This document shows, piece by piece, positions 1 through 8,584 of a stretch of 64,000 nucleotides of DNA (position 1 is the first letter of the stretch; every line of letters begins with the position of its first letter). The notes under the pieces are model-generated. The model made no database searches and was not told where the DNA came from. It saw only the letters and a program-made list of their open reading frames with translations. The translations under genes and the position numbers were made by a program. The DNA is taken from assembly GCA_043825875.1 (NCBI GenBank), contig JBDRRF010000045.1, positions 1 to 64,000 of the forward strand. The letters run 5' to 3'. The stretch comes from Pseudomonadota bacterium. Its GTDB lineage: Bacteria > Desulfobacterota > Desulfobacteria > Desulfobacterales > RPRI01.

Positions 1-140
1 CACTTTCAAAACGTTTCAGTTTGGTCAAGCTCAAGGCGGGAGAAAATTTCAACCACAGGAATACATTTAGTATTTCGAGGATTGAAATTTGAGCCCAACG
101 CAGAGATCGGCCAAAATGGGGCGTTTTGAAACTGGCTCTA
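1..140. mobile_element. MITE-like non-coding element with terminal inverted repeats (left end cut by window edge)
   Basis: Start CACTTTCAAAACG (1-13) matches, with 1 mismatch, the reverse complement of the CGTTTTGAAACTGGCTCTA end (122-140). Nested internal inverted repeats AAATTTCAACC...GGATTGAAATTT. Ends in TA. Confidence 0.6.
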
Positions 141-217
141 TAAATTGGGTTATATGTACGGATGAATTTAGAAAACTTTCAGGAAATGAATTAAATATTA
201 CAAAAAAAGATTTAATC

Positions 218-592
218 ATGTTGGATGGTTTCTATAAAATTGTTGAAGAAAGAATATTAAATGCCCAGCGCAAGGGGGAATTTGATAATCTTCCAGGCGC
301 AGGAAAGCCTCTTGAGTTTGAGGAAACCTGTATGGTTCCTGAAGATCTTCGCATTGCATATAAAATATTAAAAAATGCAGATTATATTCCACCTGAAATT
401 GAGCTTAAAAAAGAGATTGTCAAAACAGAAGAATTGCTTGCCGACATGGAAGAAACAGCTGAAAAATATCAAGCCATAAAGAAGCTGAACTTTATGAAAA
501 TGAAACTAAATCTAATGCGAAATACTTCTGTTTTGTTTGAAGAAACCGAAATCTATGCTGAAAAATTAGTTAACCGGTTTGCTAAAAAATAA
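218..592 (+). CDS. DUF1992 (DnaJ C28-like conserved domain) protein
   Basis: IVEERILNAQRKGEFDNLPGAGKPL...PEDLRIAYKILKNADYIPPEIELKKEI is the typical DUF1992 motif. The ORF-track extension 89-217 starts inside the MITE, so ATG 218 is preferred. Confidence 0.85.
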   Translation: MLDGFYKIVEERILNAQRKGEFDNLPGAGKPLEFEETCMVPEDLRIAYKILKNADYIPPEIELKKEIVKTEELLADMEETAEKYQAIKKLNFMKMKLNLMRNTSVLFEETEIYAEKLVNRFAKK

Positions 593-630
593 TTAAGATA
601 CTTGGTTGGTGTAAAAAGGATTATATAATT

Positions 631-1593
631 GTGCAAAAGCGTACAATAGCACTTATCTCAGGAGGGATATCCGTTGAGCGGGAGGTATCCATAAATAGTG
701 GGAATCAGGTTTATGAAGCCCTGGATAAAACAAAATATGATGTTATTCGTTATGATCCCAAATCAGACCTCTTGCGTCTCGTATCGGACTCATCGGATAT
801 AGATTTTGCGCTTATTATACTTCACGGAATTTGTGGTGAAGACGGTACAATTCAGGGTCTGCTGGATCTTCTTGATATTCCTTACCAGGGGTCAGGTGTT
901 CTTGGAAGTGCAGTGGCCATGAACAAATTTGCTTCAAAACAGCTTTACGAACAATCAGGCATTCCGACTCCTCCTTATATAATAATCAAAAAAGGTGACC
1001 AGGTTGAATATAAAACCTGTGTAAAACGCCTTGGTAAACCACTTATTATAAAGCCTGTTTCAGGCGGTTCCAGTATTGGCATTTCAATTGTAACATCGGA
1101 TGAAGCGTTTAAAGATGCTGTTCAAGCGGCTTTTTCCTGTGATGATACTGTGTTGATCGAAACAGTTATAGAAGGTATCGAAATTACCGGCGGAGTCATA
1201 GGTAATGATGAACCTGAAACTTTGCCAATTATTGAAATAATACCTGATAAAAATTATAAATTTTTTGATTATACCGCAAAATACAAAAAAGGGGCAACCA
1301 AAGAAATTTGTCCTGCAAGGATTGATGATGATTTGGCGCAAAAAGCTCAAACCTATGCGAAGATGGCCCACAAAGCGCTTTTTTGCAGCGGTTACAGCAG
1401 GACGGATATGATGCTTGCCGGAAAAGAGATTTATGTTTTGGAAACAAACACTATTCCCGGTATGACCGCAACCAGTCTTTTGCCTTTAGCCGCAAAGGTC
1501 GCCGGTATATCTTTTGCTAAACTTCTCGATAAGCTTATTGAGTTTGGTTTAGAGGAGCATAGAAAAATAAAAGATAGAAAAGGTGGCAAGTGA
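631..1593 (+). CDS. ddl: D-alanine--D-alanine ligase
   Basis: GGISVEREVSINSG, LHGICGEDGTIQG, KPVSGGSSIG, FFDYTAKY, LETNTIPGMTATSLLP motifs. Confidence 0.97.
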   Translation: MQKRTIALISGGISVEREVSINSGNQVYEALDKTKYDVIRYDPKSDLLRLVSDSSDIDFALIILHGICGEDGTIQGLLDLLDIPYQGSGVLGSAVAMNKFASKQLYEQSGIPTPPYIIIKKGDQVEYKTCVKRLGKPLIIKPVSGGSSIGISIVTSDEAFKDAVQAAFSCDDTVLIETVIEGIEITGGVIGNDEPETLPIIEIIPDKNYKFFDYTAKYKKGATKEICPARIDDDLAQKAQTYAKMAHKALFCSGYSRTDMMLAGKEIYVLETNTIPGMTATSLLPLAAKVAGISFAKLLDKLIEFGLEEHRKIKDRKGGK

Positions 1594-2345
1594 TAATATC
1601 AAGTATTAAAGAATTAATGAACAATTATGAAGATGTCGGATCTGGTGATGTATTTAACGGTATAATCGGCTCCGACAGGATGAAGCAGGTTTTGATGATC
1701 GATCTTATTGAAAGAGGAGTGCTTTGTGTACCTTCTCCTCTTTCGCAGACGATAAGCGGTTCTAAAGTTGTACAGGCTCTTTTTTTGAATAAGTGGATGA
1801 TTCCTCATACTCGTGCCATTTTAAGAAGAAGGGATCTTATAGACGCTGTCAGCTGTTACAACAGGCATAAAATAGAAGTTGTTGTTACGAAAGAAGACCG
1901 TATGCACTGTGGATTTGGCATAAGGAAATGGGATTCGGTTGAGACCCTTTACAGCTTTATGTCAATGTCGGACTCATCTTATCCTTTTATATTGCAGCCA
2001 TTGATAGAAGCTTTTACGGATATTCGTGTGATAATTGCCGAAGATTATATTGAATCATATACAAGATACAATCCGGATAATTTCAGGATGAATATGGCCG
2101 CAGGCGGATCAAGCGCCCCCTTTACCCTTGACGAAGAAAAGAAGAATTTCTGTAAAACTGTTATGCAGCGGGGCAAGTTTCCTTTTGCACACATAGATAT
2201 TATGGTAACTGCCGACAACAAATGTTATCTTTCCGAAATAGCGTTAGGCGGTGGTTTAAAAGGAGCTTGTATCAACAGAGAAGAACTTGATGCAAAAAAA
2301 AAGGCGATTGCTGATAAGATAATAAAAGAAAAGAGTATCATTTAG
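1590..2345 (+). CDS. RimK-like ATP-grasp fold protein
   Basis: ILQPLIEAFTDIRVII, NFRMNMAAGG, FAHIDIM, YLSEIALGGG resemble the RimK/LysX ATP-grasp C-domain. Overlaps the ddl stop. Confidence 0.7.
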   Translation: MIISSIKELMNNYEDVGSGDVFNGIIGSDRMKQVLMIDLIERGVLCVPSPLSQTISGSKVVQALFLNKWMIPHTRAILRRRDLIDAVSCYNRHKIEVVVTKEDRMHCGFGIRKWDSVETLYSFMSMSDSSYPFILQPLIEAFTDIRVIIAEDYIESYTRYNPDNFRMNMAAGGSSAPFTLDEEKKNFCKTVMQRGKFPFAHIDIMVTADNKCYLSEIALGGGLKGACINREELDAKKKAIADKIIKEKSII

Positions 2346-2383
2346 ATCAGGTGTTACTTGAAAAAATCTTTAGCGGAGGTTTT

Positions 2384-4153
2384 ATGAAAATACTGGTAAT
2401 CGGGAGCGGAGGAAGAGAACATGCGCTTGCATGGAAAATAACACAAAGCCCAAAAGTAAAAAAAATCTTTTGCGCGCCGGGAAATGCGGGTATTGCAAAT
2501 ATTGCCGAATGCATTCCTATTAGTTCCGATGATATAACCAGTCTTTTGGAATTTGCTAAAAAGGAAAAAATCGCACTTACAATTGTCGGGCCGGAGGCTC
2601 CTCTTTCAAATGGAATAACAGACTTGTTTGAAAAAGCCGGGTTGAAAGTTTTCGGATCTTCCATGAAAGCTTCAGAACTGGAATATAGCAAATGTTTTTC
2701 CAAAGAGCTGATGATAAAATATAAGATCCCGACTGCTGGTGGTCAAATATTTTCAAATTATAAAAAAGCCGAAAGCTATATCCGCAAGACCAAAGCTCCC
2801 TGTGTTGTCAAGGCAGACGGACTTGCCGCCGGAAAGGGAGTCATCATATGCTCAACTGAAAAGCAGGCGATAGAAGCACTTGACGATATAATGATAAAAC
2901 GCTCTTTCGGCAATGCAGGCAAAAAAGTTGTGATAGAAGAACTGCTTGCAGGAGAAGAAGCCTCGTTTCTTGCATTTACGGACGGGAAAACCGTTATTCC
3001 TCTGCCGTCTTCACAGGATCACAAGCCGATTTTTGATAAAGATAAAGGCCCGAATACTGGCGGTATGGGGGCTTATTCCCCTGCCCCGGTTGTTGACAAA
3101 TATATTCATAAAAAAATCATGGAAGAGGTAATGATACCCACTGTCCGGGCTATGGCTGCCGAGGGCAGGCCCTACAAAGGTATTTTATATGCCGGACTTA
3201 TGATTGATAAAGACAAAATCAGGGTTTTGGAGTTTAATTGCAGGTTTGGTGATCCGGAAGCCCAGGCTCTTTTAATTCGGATAAAAAGCGACTTAATTGA
3301 GATAATGGAGGCTGTAATTGAAGAAAGGCTTAATAATTGTACTATAGAAATTGATGAGAGGGTTTCGGTTTGTGTTGTGATGGCCTCAGGCGGTTATCCG
3401 GGCGCTTACAAAAAGGGGATCACTATAAATGGGCTTGAAGATGCAGCCCGTATAAAAGATTCTATTGTATTTCATGCAGGCACTGCTATGAAAGACGGTT
3501 CTGTGGTTGCAAACGGCGGGCGGGTTTTAGGAGTTACAGCGCTTGGCAATACCGTATCTGCTGCAATTGATAAAGCATACCGGGCTGTACTGAAAATCAA
3601 CTGGGATGGTGTCCAGTTTAGAACAGATATAGGGCAAAAGGCTGTAAAACGGCTTAAAGCACATCCTTTGGTTTCTGTTATAATGGGAAGTGATTCGGAC
3701 TATTCAGTGATGGAAGAAACTGTTGCCATATTAAAAAAATTCGATATCACCTTTGAAATCACTGTAGCATCAGCCCACAGAACTCCGGAAAAAGCAGCCA
3801 AGCTTGCTTTGAGCGCAAGAGAGCGTGGAGTAAAAGTAATAATTGCCGGTGCCGGCCATGCGGCACATCTTGCAGGAGTACTTGCAGCACATACTTCTCT
3901 TCCGGTGATTGGGGTTCCTATAGATTCATCATGTCTTTCGGGGTTTGATTCCTTGTTGTCAACCGTGCAGATGCCACCAGGTGTGCCTGTGGCTACTGTT
4001 GCCATAGGTAAACCCGGTGCAAGAAATGCGGGAATACTGGCAGCCCAGATTCTTGCGATTTCAGATCCGGCGCTTTGTACCATGCTTGATGAATTTAAAA
4101 AAGATATGGCTGCTCAGGTTGAAAAGAAAGCAAAGAAACTTGAGCTTTTTTGA
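2384..4153 (+). CDS. purD-purE: Fused phosphoribosylamine--glycine ligase (PurD) / N5-CAIR mutase (PurE)
   Basis: N-terminal MKILVIGSGGREHALAWK, KADGLAAGKGV, QDHK...GPNTGGMGAYSP, EFNCRFGDPE (PurD). C-terminal VIMGSDSD, SAHRTPE, STVQMPPGVPVATV (PurE), all in one frame. RBS GGAGG before ATG 2384. Confidence 0.95.
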   Translation: MKILVIGSGGREHALAWKITQSPKVKKIFCAPGNAGIANIAECIPISSDDITSLLEFAKKEKIALTIVGPEAPLSNGITDLFEKAGLKVFGSSMKASELEYSKCFSKELMIKYKIPTAGGQIFSNYKKAESYIRKTKAPCVVKADGLAAGKGVIICSTEKQAIEALDDIMIKRSFGNAGKKVVIEELLAGEEASFLAFTDGKTVIPLPSSQDHKPIFDKDKGPNTGGMGAYSPAPVVDKYIHKKIMEEVMIPTVRAMAAEGRPYKGILYAGLMIDKDKIRVLEFNCRFGDPEAQALLIRIKSDLIEIMEAVIEERLNNCTIEIDERVSVCVVMASGGYPGAYKKGITINGLEDAARIKDSIVFHAGTAMKDGSVVANGGRVLGVTALGNTVSAAIDKAYRAVLKINWDGVQFRTDIGQKAVKRLKAHPLVSVIMGSDSDYSVMEETVAILKKFDITFEITVASAHRTPEKAAKLALSARERGVKVIIAGAGHAAHLAGVLAAHTSLPVIGVPIDSSCLSGFDSLLSTVQMPPGVPVATVAIGKPGARNAGILAAQILAISDPALCTMLDEFKKDMAAQVEKKAKKLELF

Positions 4154-4787
4154 TAAAATTATAAAAATAGACCCGGATAAACCTGATCCGGAATTAATTA
4201 AAAAAGCGGCATCGGTTGTAAGAAGCGGCGGAGTAGTAGTATTTCCTGCAAGATGTCTTTACGGTCTTGCTGTAGATGCTTATAATGAAATAGCGGTTGA
4301 GAGGGTTTTTGAAATAAAGGGCCGAACGGAGAAAAAACCATTATTGGTCCTTGCGGACAGCCATCTGATGATATCCTGCATTGTAAAAGATATTACTCCA
4401 ATGGCTCAAAAGATTATGAAAAGCTTCTGGCCCGGATTAATTACTGTCATACTTGAAGCCAATAACAGTCTTCCATCAAACCTTACTGCTGGAAGCAATA
4501 AGATAGGTATCAGAAAACCGGGCCATCCTGTTGCTATGGCTCTGGTAAAAGCTGCAGGATCGCCTATAACCGGAACAAGCGCAAATATGTCGGGAGCCTC
4601 CGGCTGTTTTAGTATCCGGGATTTAGATCCTGAAATAGCAGAAAAAGCCGACCTTATAATTGACGCCGGAACACTTAAGGGTGGTATAGGCTCAACAGTA
4701 GTTGATGTAACGGGAGAGCTTCCGGTTATTGTAAGAGAAGGCGAAGTGTCTCGAACTGAAATATTGGCGGTTTTAGGCGGGGTATAA
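4140..4787 (+). CDS. tsaC: L-threonylcarbamoyladenylate synthase (Sua5/YrdC/TsaC)
   Basis: GVVVFPARCLYGLA, IKGRTEKKPL, FWPGLIT, IGIRKP, ITGTSANMSG, STVVD motifs. Start uncertain (TTG 4140 overlaps the end of purE). Confidence 0.9.
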   Translation: MSFFDKIIKIDPDKPDPELIKKAASVVRSGGVVVFPARCLYGLAVDAYNEIAVERVFEIKGRTEKKPLLVLADSHLMISCIVKDITPMAQKIMKSFWPGLITVILEANNSLPSNLTAGSNKIGIRKPGHPVAMALVKAAGSPITGTSANMSGASGCFSIRDLDPEIAEKADLIIDAGTLKGGIGSTVVDVTGELPVIVREGEVSRTEILAVLGGV

Positions 4788-4836
4788 AACCCCGCCCTAC
4801 CATCGTCTTTCGTAGGGCGGCATTTTATATGCCGCC
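4776..4836. repeat. Inverted pair of GTAG-type REP palindromes
   Basis: Minus strand GTAGGGCGGGGTTTTATACCCCGCC (4776-4800) and plus strand GTAGGGCGGCATTTTATATGCCGCC (4812-4836); each is GTAG followed by a GC-rich hairpin. Confidence 0.7.
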
Positions 4837-4900
4837 ACTTGTGCAATTGAGTTAAGAGTGATGGGCATATAAATTTACTATAATTAAAGTTGGAGTAAAA

Positions 4901-5434
4901 ATGTCGGCAAAATTAAACGACAGTAAAATGATTTACAAAGGCAGGGTATTTAGTTTTTTTTCAGACAATGTTACCCTGTCAAACGGGCTTACGACAAACA
5001 TTGATGTAATCCGCCATCCTGGTGCATCCGCTATAGTACCCTTAACGGCTGAAAACGAGATAATATTGATCAAACAATACCGTTATGCAGCCGGAGACTT
5101 TATCTGGGAAATTCCGGCCGGTGTTTTGGAACCTGGTGAAGCGCCACTTGAATGCGCAAAACGAGAACTTATCGAAGAGACCGGTTATAGTGCGAACAAA
5201 ATGGTAAAATTAACCGAAATTTTACCTGTTCCCGGTTATTCTGACGAACGCATACATATCTTTCTTGCCACAGATCTTGTTGAATCAAAGCAAAATCTTG
5301 ATAAGGATGAAATACTAAAAGTACACGTATTAAAATTTGATGATGTTATGGATATGATAACAAAAGGTGAAATTATAGACAGCAAAACAATATCAGGGCT
5401 TTGTCTTGCATCACGTTTTATGGCTCAAAGATAG
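4901..5434 (+). CDS. NUDIX hydrolase, ADP-ribose pyrophosphatase-like
   Basis: Nudix box GVLEPGEAPLECAKRELIEETGY; IRHPGASAIVP, QYRY, WEIPAG, PGYSDE typical of NudF/ADPRase. Confidence 0.92.
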   Translation: MSAKLNDSKMIYKGRVFSFFSDNVTLSNGLTTNIDVIRHPGASAIVPLTAENEIILIKQYRYAAGDFIWEIPAGVLEPGEAPLECAKRELIEETGYSANKMVKLTEILPVPGYSDERIHIFLATDLVESKQNLDKDEILKVHVLKFDDVMDMITKGEIIDSKTISGLCLASRFMAQR

Positions 5435-5456
5435 AATAATAAAAAGCCTAAACTTG

Positions 5457-5486
5457 TTGACAATATCGTGAAATATTGATTATAAA
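5457..5486 (+). promoter_or_regulatory. Sigma70-type promoter of tRNA-Leu
   Basis: TTGACA (5457-5462), 18 bp, TATAAA (5481-5486), 10 bp upstream of the tRNA. Confidence 0.6.
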
Positions 5487-5496
5487 CCCTAAACGT

Positions 5497-5583
5497 GCCG
5501 GAGTGGTGAAACTGGTAGACGCAGAGGACTCAAAATCCTCCGAGGGCAACTTCGTGTCGGTTCAATTCCGACCTCCGGCACCA
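5497..5583 (+). tRNA. tRNA-Leu (anticodon CAA)
   Basis: Acceptor stem GCCGGAG/CTCCGGC + ACCA, D-loop TGGTAGAC, anticodon arm GAGGA-CTCAAAA-TCCTC, long variable arm, T arm GTCGG-TTCAATT-CCGAC; 87 nt. Confidence 0.97.
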
Positions 5584-5598
5584 AATAAAATCAATAAC

Positions 5599-6693
5599 TT
5601 ATAGAGCACCAAATACTTCCCGTTTTTCTCTGATTTCATGAATTGTGCCCGAAATTGTGCCCGTCTGTTTTTCCAAGTACTCCGATTGACGATTTGCTGC
5701 TTCTTTCAAGTCAGCGTCATTCACAATGTTGTACCGGTCAAAAACAGATCGTGTTCTATGTCCTGATAACATCATGGAGACTCTTTCAGGAATGCCGGAT
5801 CTAATCATGTTCCTAACAGCCGTCCGTCTAAAATCGTGAAATAGCCTCCGCCCAATACCAGCTTCTTTACATGCTTTGAACCATGAACCCCTGATATCAT
5901 TTATAGGACCAGAACCAAGTTTGCTTGGAAATACAAAGGAAGAGAGAACGCCTTTTCCTTTACGGATATCCCACTGGTGTTGAATAAGTTCTTTCAATTC
6001 CTCGTCCAGATATAGGGTACGACCTTCGTCATTTTTTGTTTCCCCTACTTCAAGCCTTACAATACCTTGGGACCTATCGATTTGTGCCCAGGTCAGATTA
6101 GCAATTTCCGAAATACGCCAGCCGGTCTTGTATCCAAACGTGACAAAGCCTTGCAAATAATCAGGCAGTGCTTCCCGCAGCGCCAGAAATTCATCATGCT
6201 CAAAGAAACCCTTTCTTGTATTATTCTCTCTTAGCATTGGAATATGCGGAACTCTATCCACAATAGGTGGTGTTTGCTTTGCACCGAGGTTTAACATCCG
6301 CTTCAGCGCTGCCAATTCTCTATTAATGCTTGCATTAGCTGCCCCTTCTTCCAGCCTCGTTTCAATATAGGCTTTAATTCGAGGACTGTTGATATTTGGT
6401 ACACGGTCTCCTTCAAAATACTGCTTTAAATGATTTACGCTTTGTTCCGCTCTCACGAGCGATTTTTTCTGGTTGATTCGGTAATCCCGCAGAAAATCTT
6501 CAGCAAGCTGATCAAATGTGATTTTTTCAAACTGAACGCTGGGCAACTTGCCTTGCGCTATTTCACCTTCGCGCCGGTCCAGAAGTTTCTTGGCAACCAT
6601 CTTTTTATCGGTGCCCGAACTCTCCCTGTGTGATTTTCCGTTTCTGTAATACTTAATCCACCAAACTTCTCCACGTTTATATATACTTCCCAT
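5599..6693 (-). CDS. int: Tyrosine recombinase / phage-type integrase
   Basis: Arm-binding-like N-terminus MGSIYKRGEVWWIKYY; catalytic R (GWRISEI), K (TKN), HxxR (HDFRR), H (GHRT), Y (DRYN). RBS GGAGG before ATG 6693. Confidence 0.95.
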   Translation of the reverse strand: MGSIYKRGEVWWIKYYRNGKSHRESSGTDKKMVAKKLLDRREGEIAQGKLPSVQFEKITFDQLAEDFLRDYRINQKKSLVRAEQSVNHLKQYFEGDRVPNINSPRIKAYIETRLEEGAANASINRELAALKRMLNLGAKQTPPIVDRVPHIPMLRENNTRKGFFEHDEFLALREALPDYLQGFVTFGYKTGWRISEIANLTWAQIDRSQGIVRLEVGETKNDEGRTLYLDEELKELIQHQWDIRKGKGVLSSFVFPSKLGSGPINDIRGSWFKACKEAGIGRRLFHDFRRTAVRNMIRSGIPERVSMMLSGHRTRSVFDRYNIVNDADLKEAANRQSEYLEKQTGTISGTIHEIREKREVFGAL

Positions 6694-6849
6694 ATTTACC
6701 TCCATCTCTACCTTGACGGGCACAAGATGGTTTTTTGAACTTACCATCTTAATTGCCGATTTTCAAATTTTATTTTGCTTAAAAGATGAAAGCACCCTTG
6801 ACATAAAAAGCTAAGTCAAAGATGCTTTCTCTTATTATTATCCGTTAAT

Positions 6850-7125
6850 TTATTCTAATTCGTCCGAATCAGATTCAGTTATAATTGGAATTGGCTTATC
6901 ATAATAGAAGATATTTAAACCTCCGCTTTTGGTATCGTAATCTCTAACTTCGCCTATGATTTCTCCGTCGCATACCAGCTTCCCAGGTTTCTTCTTTAAT
7001 TCATTTTTAATATATTCTGCTGGATAGATTTGGCCTTGTCCTTTTACATAGATATTCTCCAGCTTATTCGTAATAAACAGATTTTCATTATTACCGTAAA
7101 AGACAAAATATAATTCTTCATTCAT
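6850..7125 (-). CDS. Hypothetical protein
   Basis: 91-aa ORF with RBS (GAGGTG), co-directional between the excisionase-like gene and the integrase. Confidence 0.6.
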   Translation of the reverse strand: MNEELYFVFYGNNENLFITNKLENIYVKGQGQIYPAEYIKNELKKKPGKLVCDGEIIGEVRDYDTKSGGLNIFYYDKPIPIITESDSDELE

Positions 7126-7133
7126 TTTTCACC

Positions 7134-7340
7134 TCAATTCTTATGTTTATTATTGTTAATAAATGTTTCTATGTCTTTGCTATCAACAAACATCTTCCGA
7201 CCGATCTGAACATAAGGAAGCTGGCCATCCCATATCTGGCTTCGCCAAAACCACTCGGTTGCGCCTACTTCACGGACTAGTTCTTTAATCGACACGAGCC
7301 GTTTTGTGGGCACAGTCTGGGCACAGCCAGTGTTAATCAC
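7134..7340 (-). CDS. Excisionase-like helix-turn-helix DNA-binding protein
   Basis: RLVSIKELVREVG...QLPYVQIGRKMFVDSKDIETFI is the HTH_17/Xis pattern; near the integrase; RBS AAGGAGG. Confidence 0.8.
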   Translation of the reverse strand: MINTGCAQTVPTKRLVSIKELVREVGATEWFWRSQIWDGQLPYVQIGRKMFVDSKDIETFINNNKHKN

Positions 7341-7411
7341 TTGAATTACCTCCTTATATTTTGATACATTGGATTAGCATTCCAATGGTTTTGATTTGTT
7401 TGGAGAGATGA

Positions 7412-8512
7412 TTATTCTGTCAGAGAAGAATTTGCTTGCTTCTTCGACTCTTCCTTCAGTTCCTTTATATCAAGCATTTTAGTAGATGCGTCCTTGTTCC
7501 CGAGTAAGGACAGAATATCTGGCGCATTGTCTTTGATCATGTCGGTTAATCCTTTGTTCACAACACCAGTCGGAGCTATGCACATCAGACTTCTATTGAA
7601 GATCCTCAGCATAACCGCTGTTTCCTTGGGTAAGGAATTCAGTATTTGACCATCTGTAATTTCATGACCATTTGATTGTTTAGCCACATCATCCTTTATT
7701 GCTTTCCCGAATGCTGTGCCATCGCTGACAAGAAATGGCGATATTAGAAGTGTACGACCTTTATTTTGGACATGGCGTATTAGATAAGGGCTTATGCTGT
7801 CGGTTTTTTTAACTTTTCCGGAATCAACAGCCTTCTGGAGCAAAAAAAGAGCGTTCCTTGGAAGTCCCTGAGCTTCCTGGATGATAGACTCCATAACAAC
7901 ATTCTGATAATTTATACCTTCCCAGTTGCAAACATCGATCAGCATTTGTCGTATTTCATCATTATTAACCGGACGAAATTCGACAGACATGCATCGGTTC
8001 TTTAAGGGTTCAATTATCTTCTCCGGATCTGAGCTGCAGAAGATAAAATATACTCCGTCAAACACATCTTCTACTTCTTTAAGGAGCATGTTTTGGGTTG
8101 CTTCGGTAATCCTGTGGCACTCATCGAAAACAAATACTTTGTGCCTAGCCATAAATGGGGCATAATGGAAATCGGTTTTGAGATTGCGCATGAAATCAAT
8201 TCCGGTGAAGTTTGCATTGTTGAGTTCAAAGAAGTCCGGGTTGCTTGATGTCATGATCCTTTTACACTGCTCACATGTACAGCACGGTCTGCTTGTTGGA
8301 CCATGCTTGCATAACAGACCCATTCCGATAATCCTGGCACAGGTCGTTTTGCCTGTTCCGTAAGTGCCATGAAAAAGATATGAATGCCCAAAGGCGCCTT
8401 TTCCTAATTTGTTTGTCATTATTTGCTTTATTTCTTCCTGACCGTACAACTCGTGTGGGCTACATGGTCTGTATATTTTAGGGAAATCCCCATATCCTCT
8501 TTTGATTAACAT
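7412..8512 (-). CDS. DnaX (DNA Pol III gamma/tau)-like clamp-loader AAA+ ATPase, truncated, with divergent C-terminus
   Basis: YRP..ELYGQE, Walker A GTYGTGKTT, Zn motif C...PCCTCEQC, Walker B VFVFDECH, NRC (SRC-like), GLPRNAL. Confidence 0.85.
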   Translation of the reverse strand: MLIKRGYGDFPKIYRPCSPHELYGQEEIKQIMTNKLGKGAFGHSYLFHGTYGTGKTTCARIIGMGLLCKHGPTSRPCCTCEQCKRIMTSSNPDFFELNNANFTGIDFMRNLKTDFHYAPFMARHKVFVFDECHRITEATQNMLLKEVEDVFDGVYFIFCSSDPEKIIEPLKNRCMSVEFRPVNNDEIRQMLIDVCNWEGINYQNVVMESIIQEAQGLPRNALFLLQKAVDSGKVKKTDSISPYLIRHVQNKGRTLLISPFLVSDGTAFGKAIKDDVAKQSNGHEITDGQILNSLPKETAVMLRIFNRSLMCIAPTGVVNKGLTDMIKDNAPDILSLLGNKDASTKMLDIKELKEESKKQANSSLTE

Positions 8513-8536
8513 TTTGTACCTCTTTAATTATGTTGT

Positions 8537-8569
8537 TTAGGTGGCCTCTGTAATCAGCAGGCCACCTAA
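8537..8569. terminator. Strong hairpin between the ParB-methylase and DnaX-like genes
   Basis: TTAGGTGGCCT...AGGCCACCTAA 11-bp stem; no clear U-tract. Confidence 0.4.
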
Positions 8570-8584
8570 GATGTTTAAATGAGC

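Noticed and set aside
89..217. N-terminal extension of the DUF1992 ORF
   Set aside because: Begins inside the MITE-like element; the recognisable domain starts at ATG 218.
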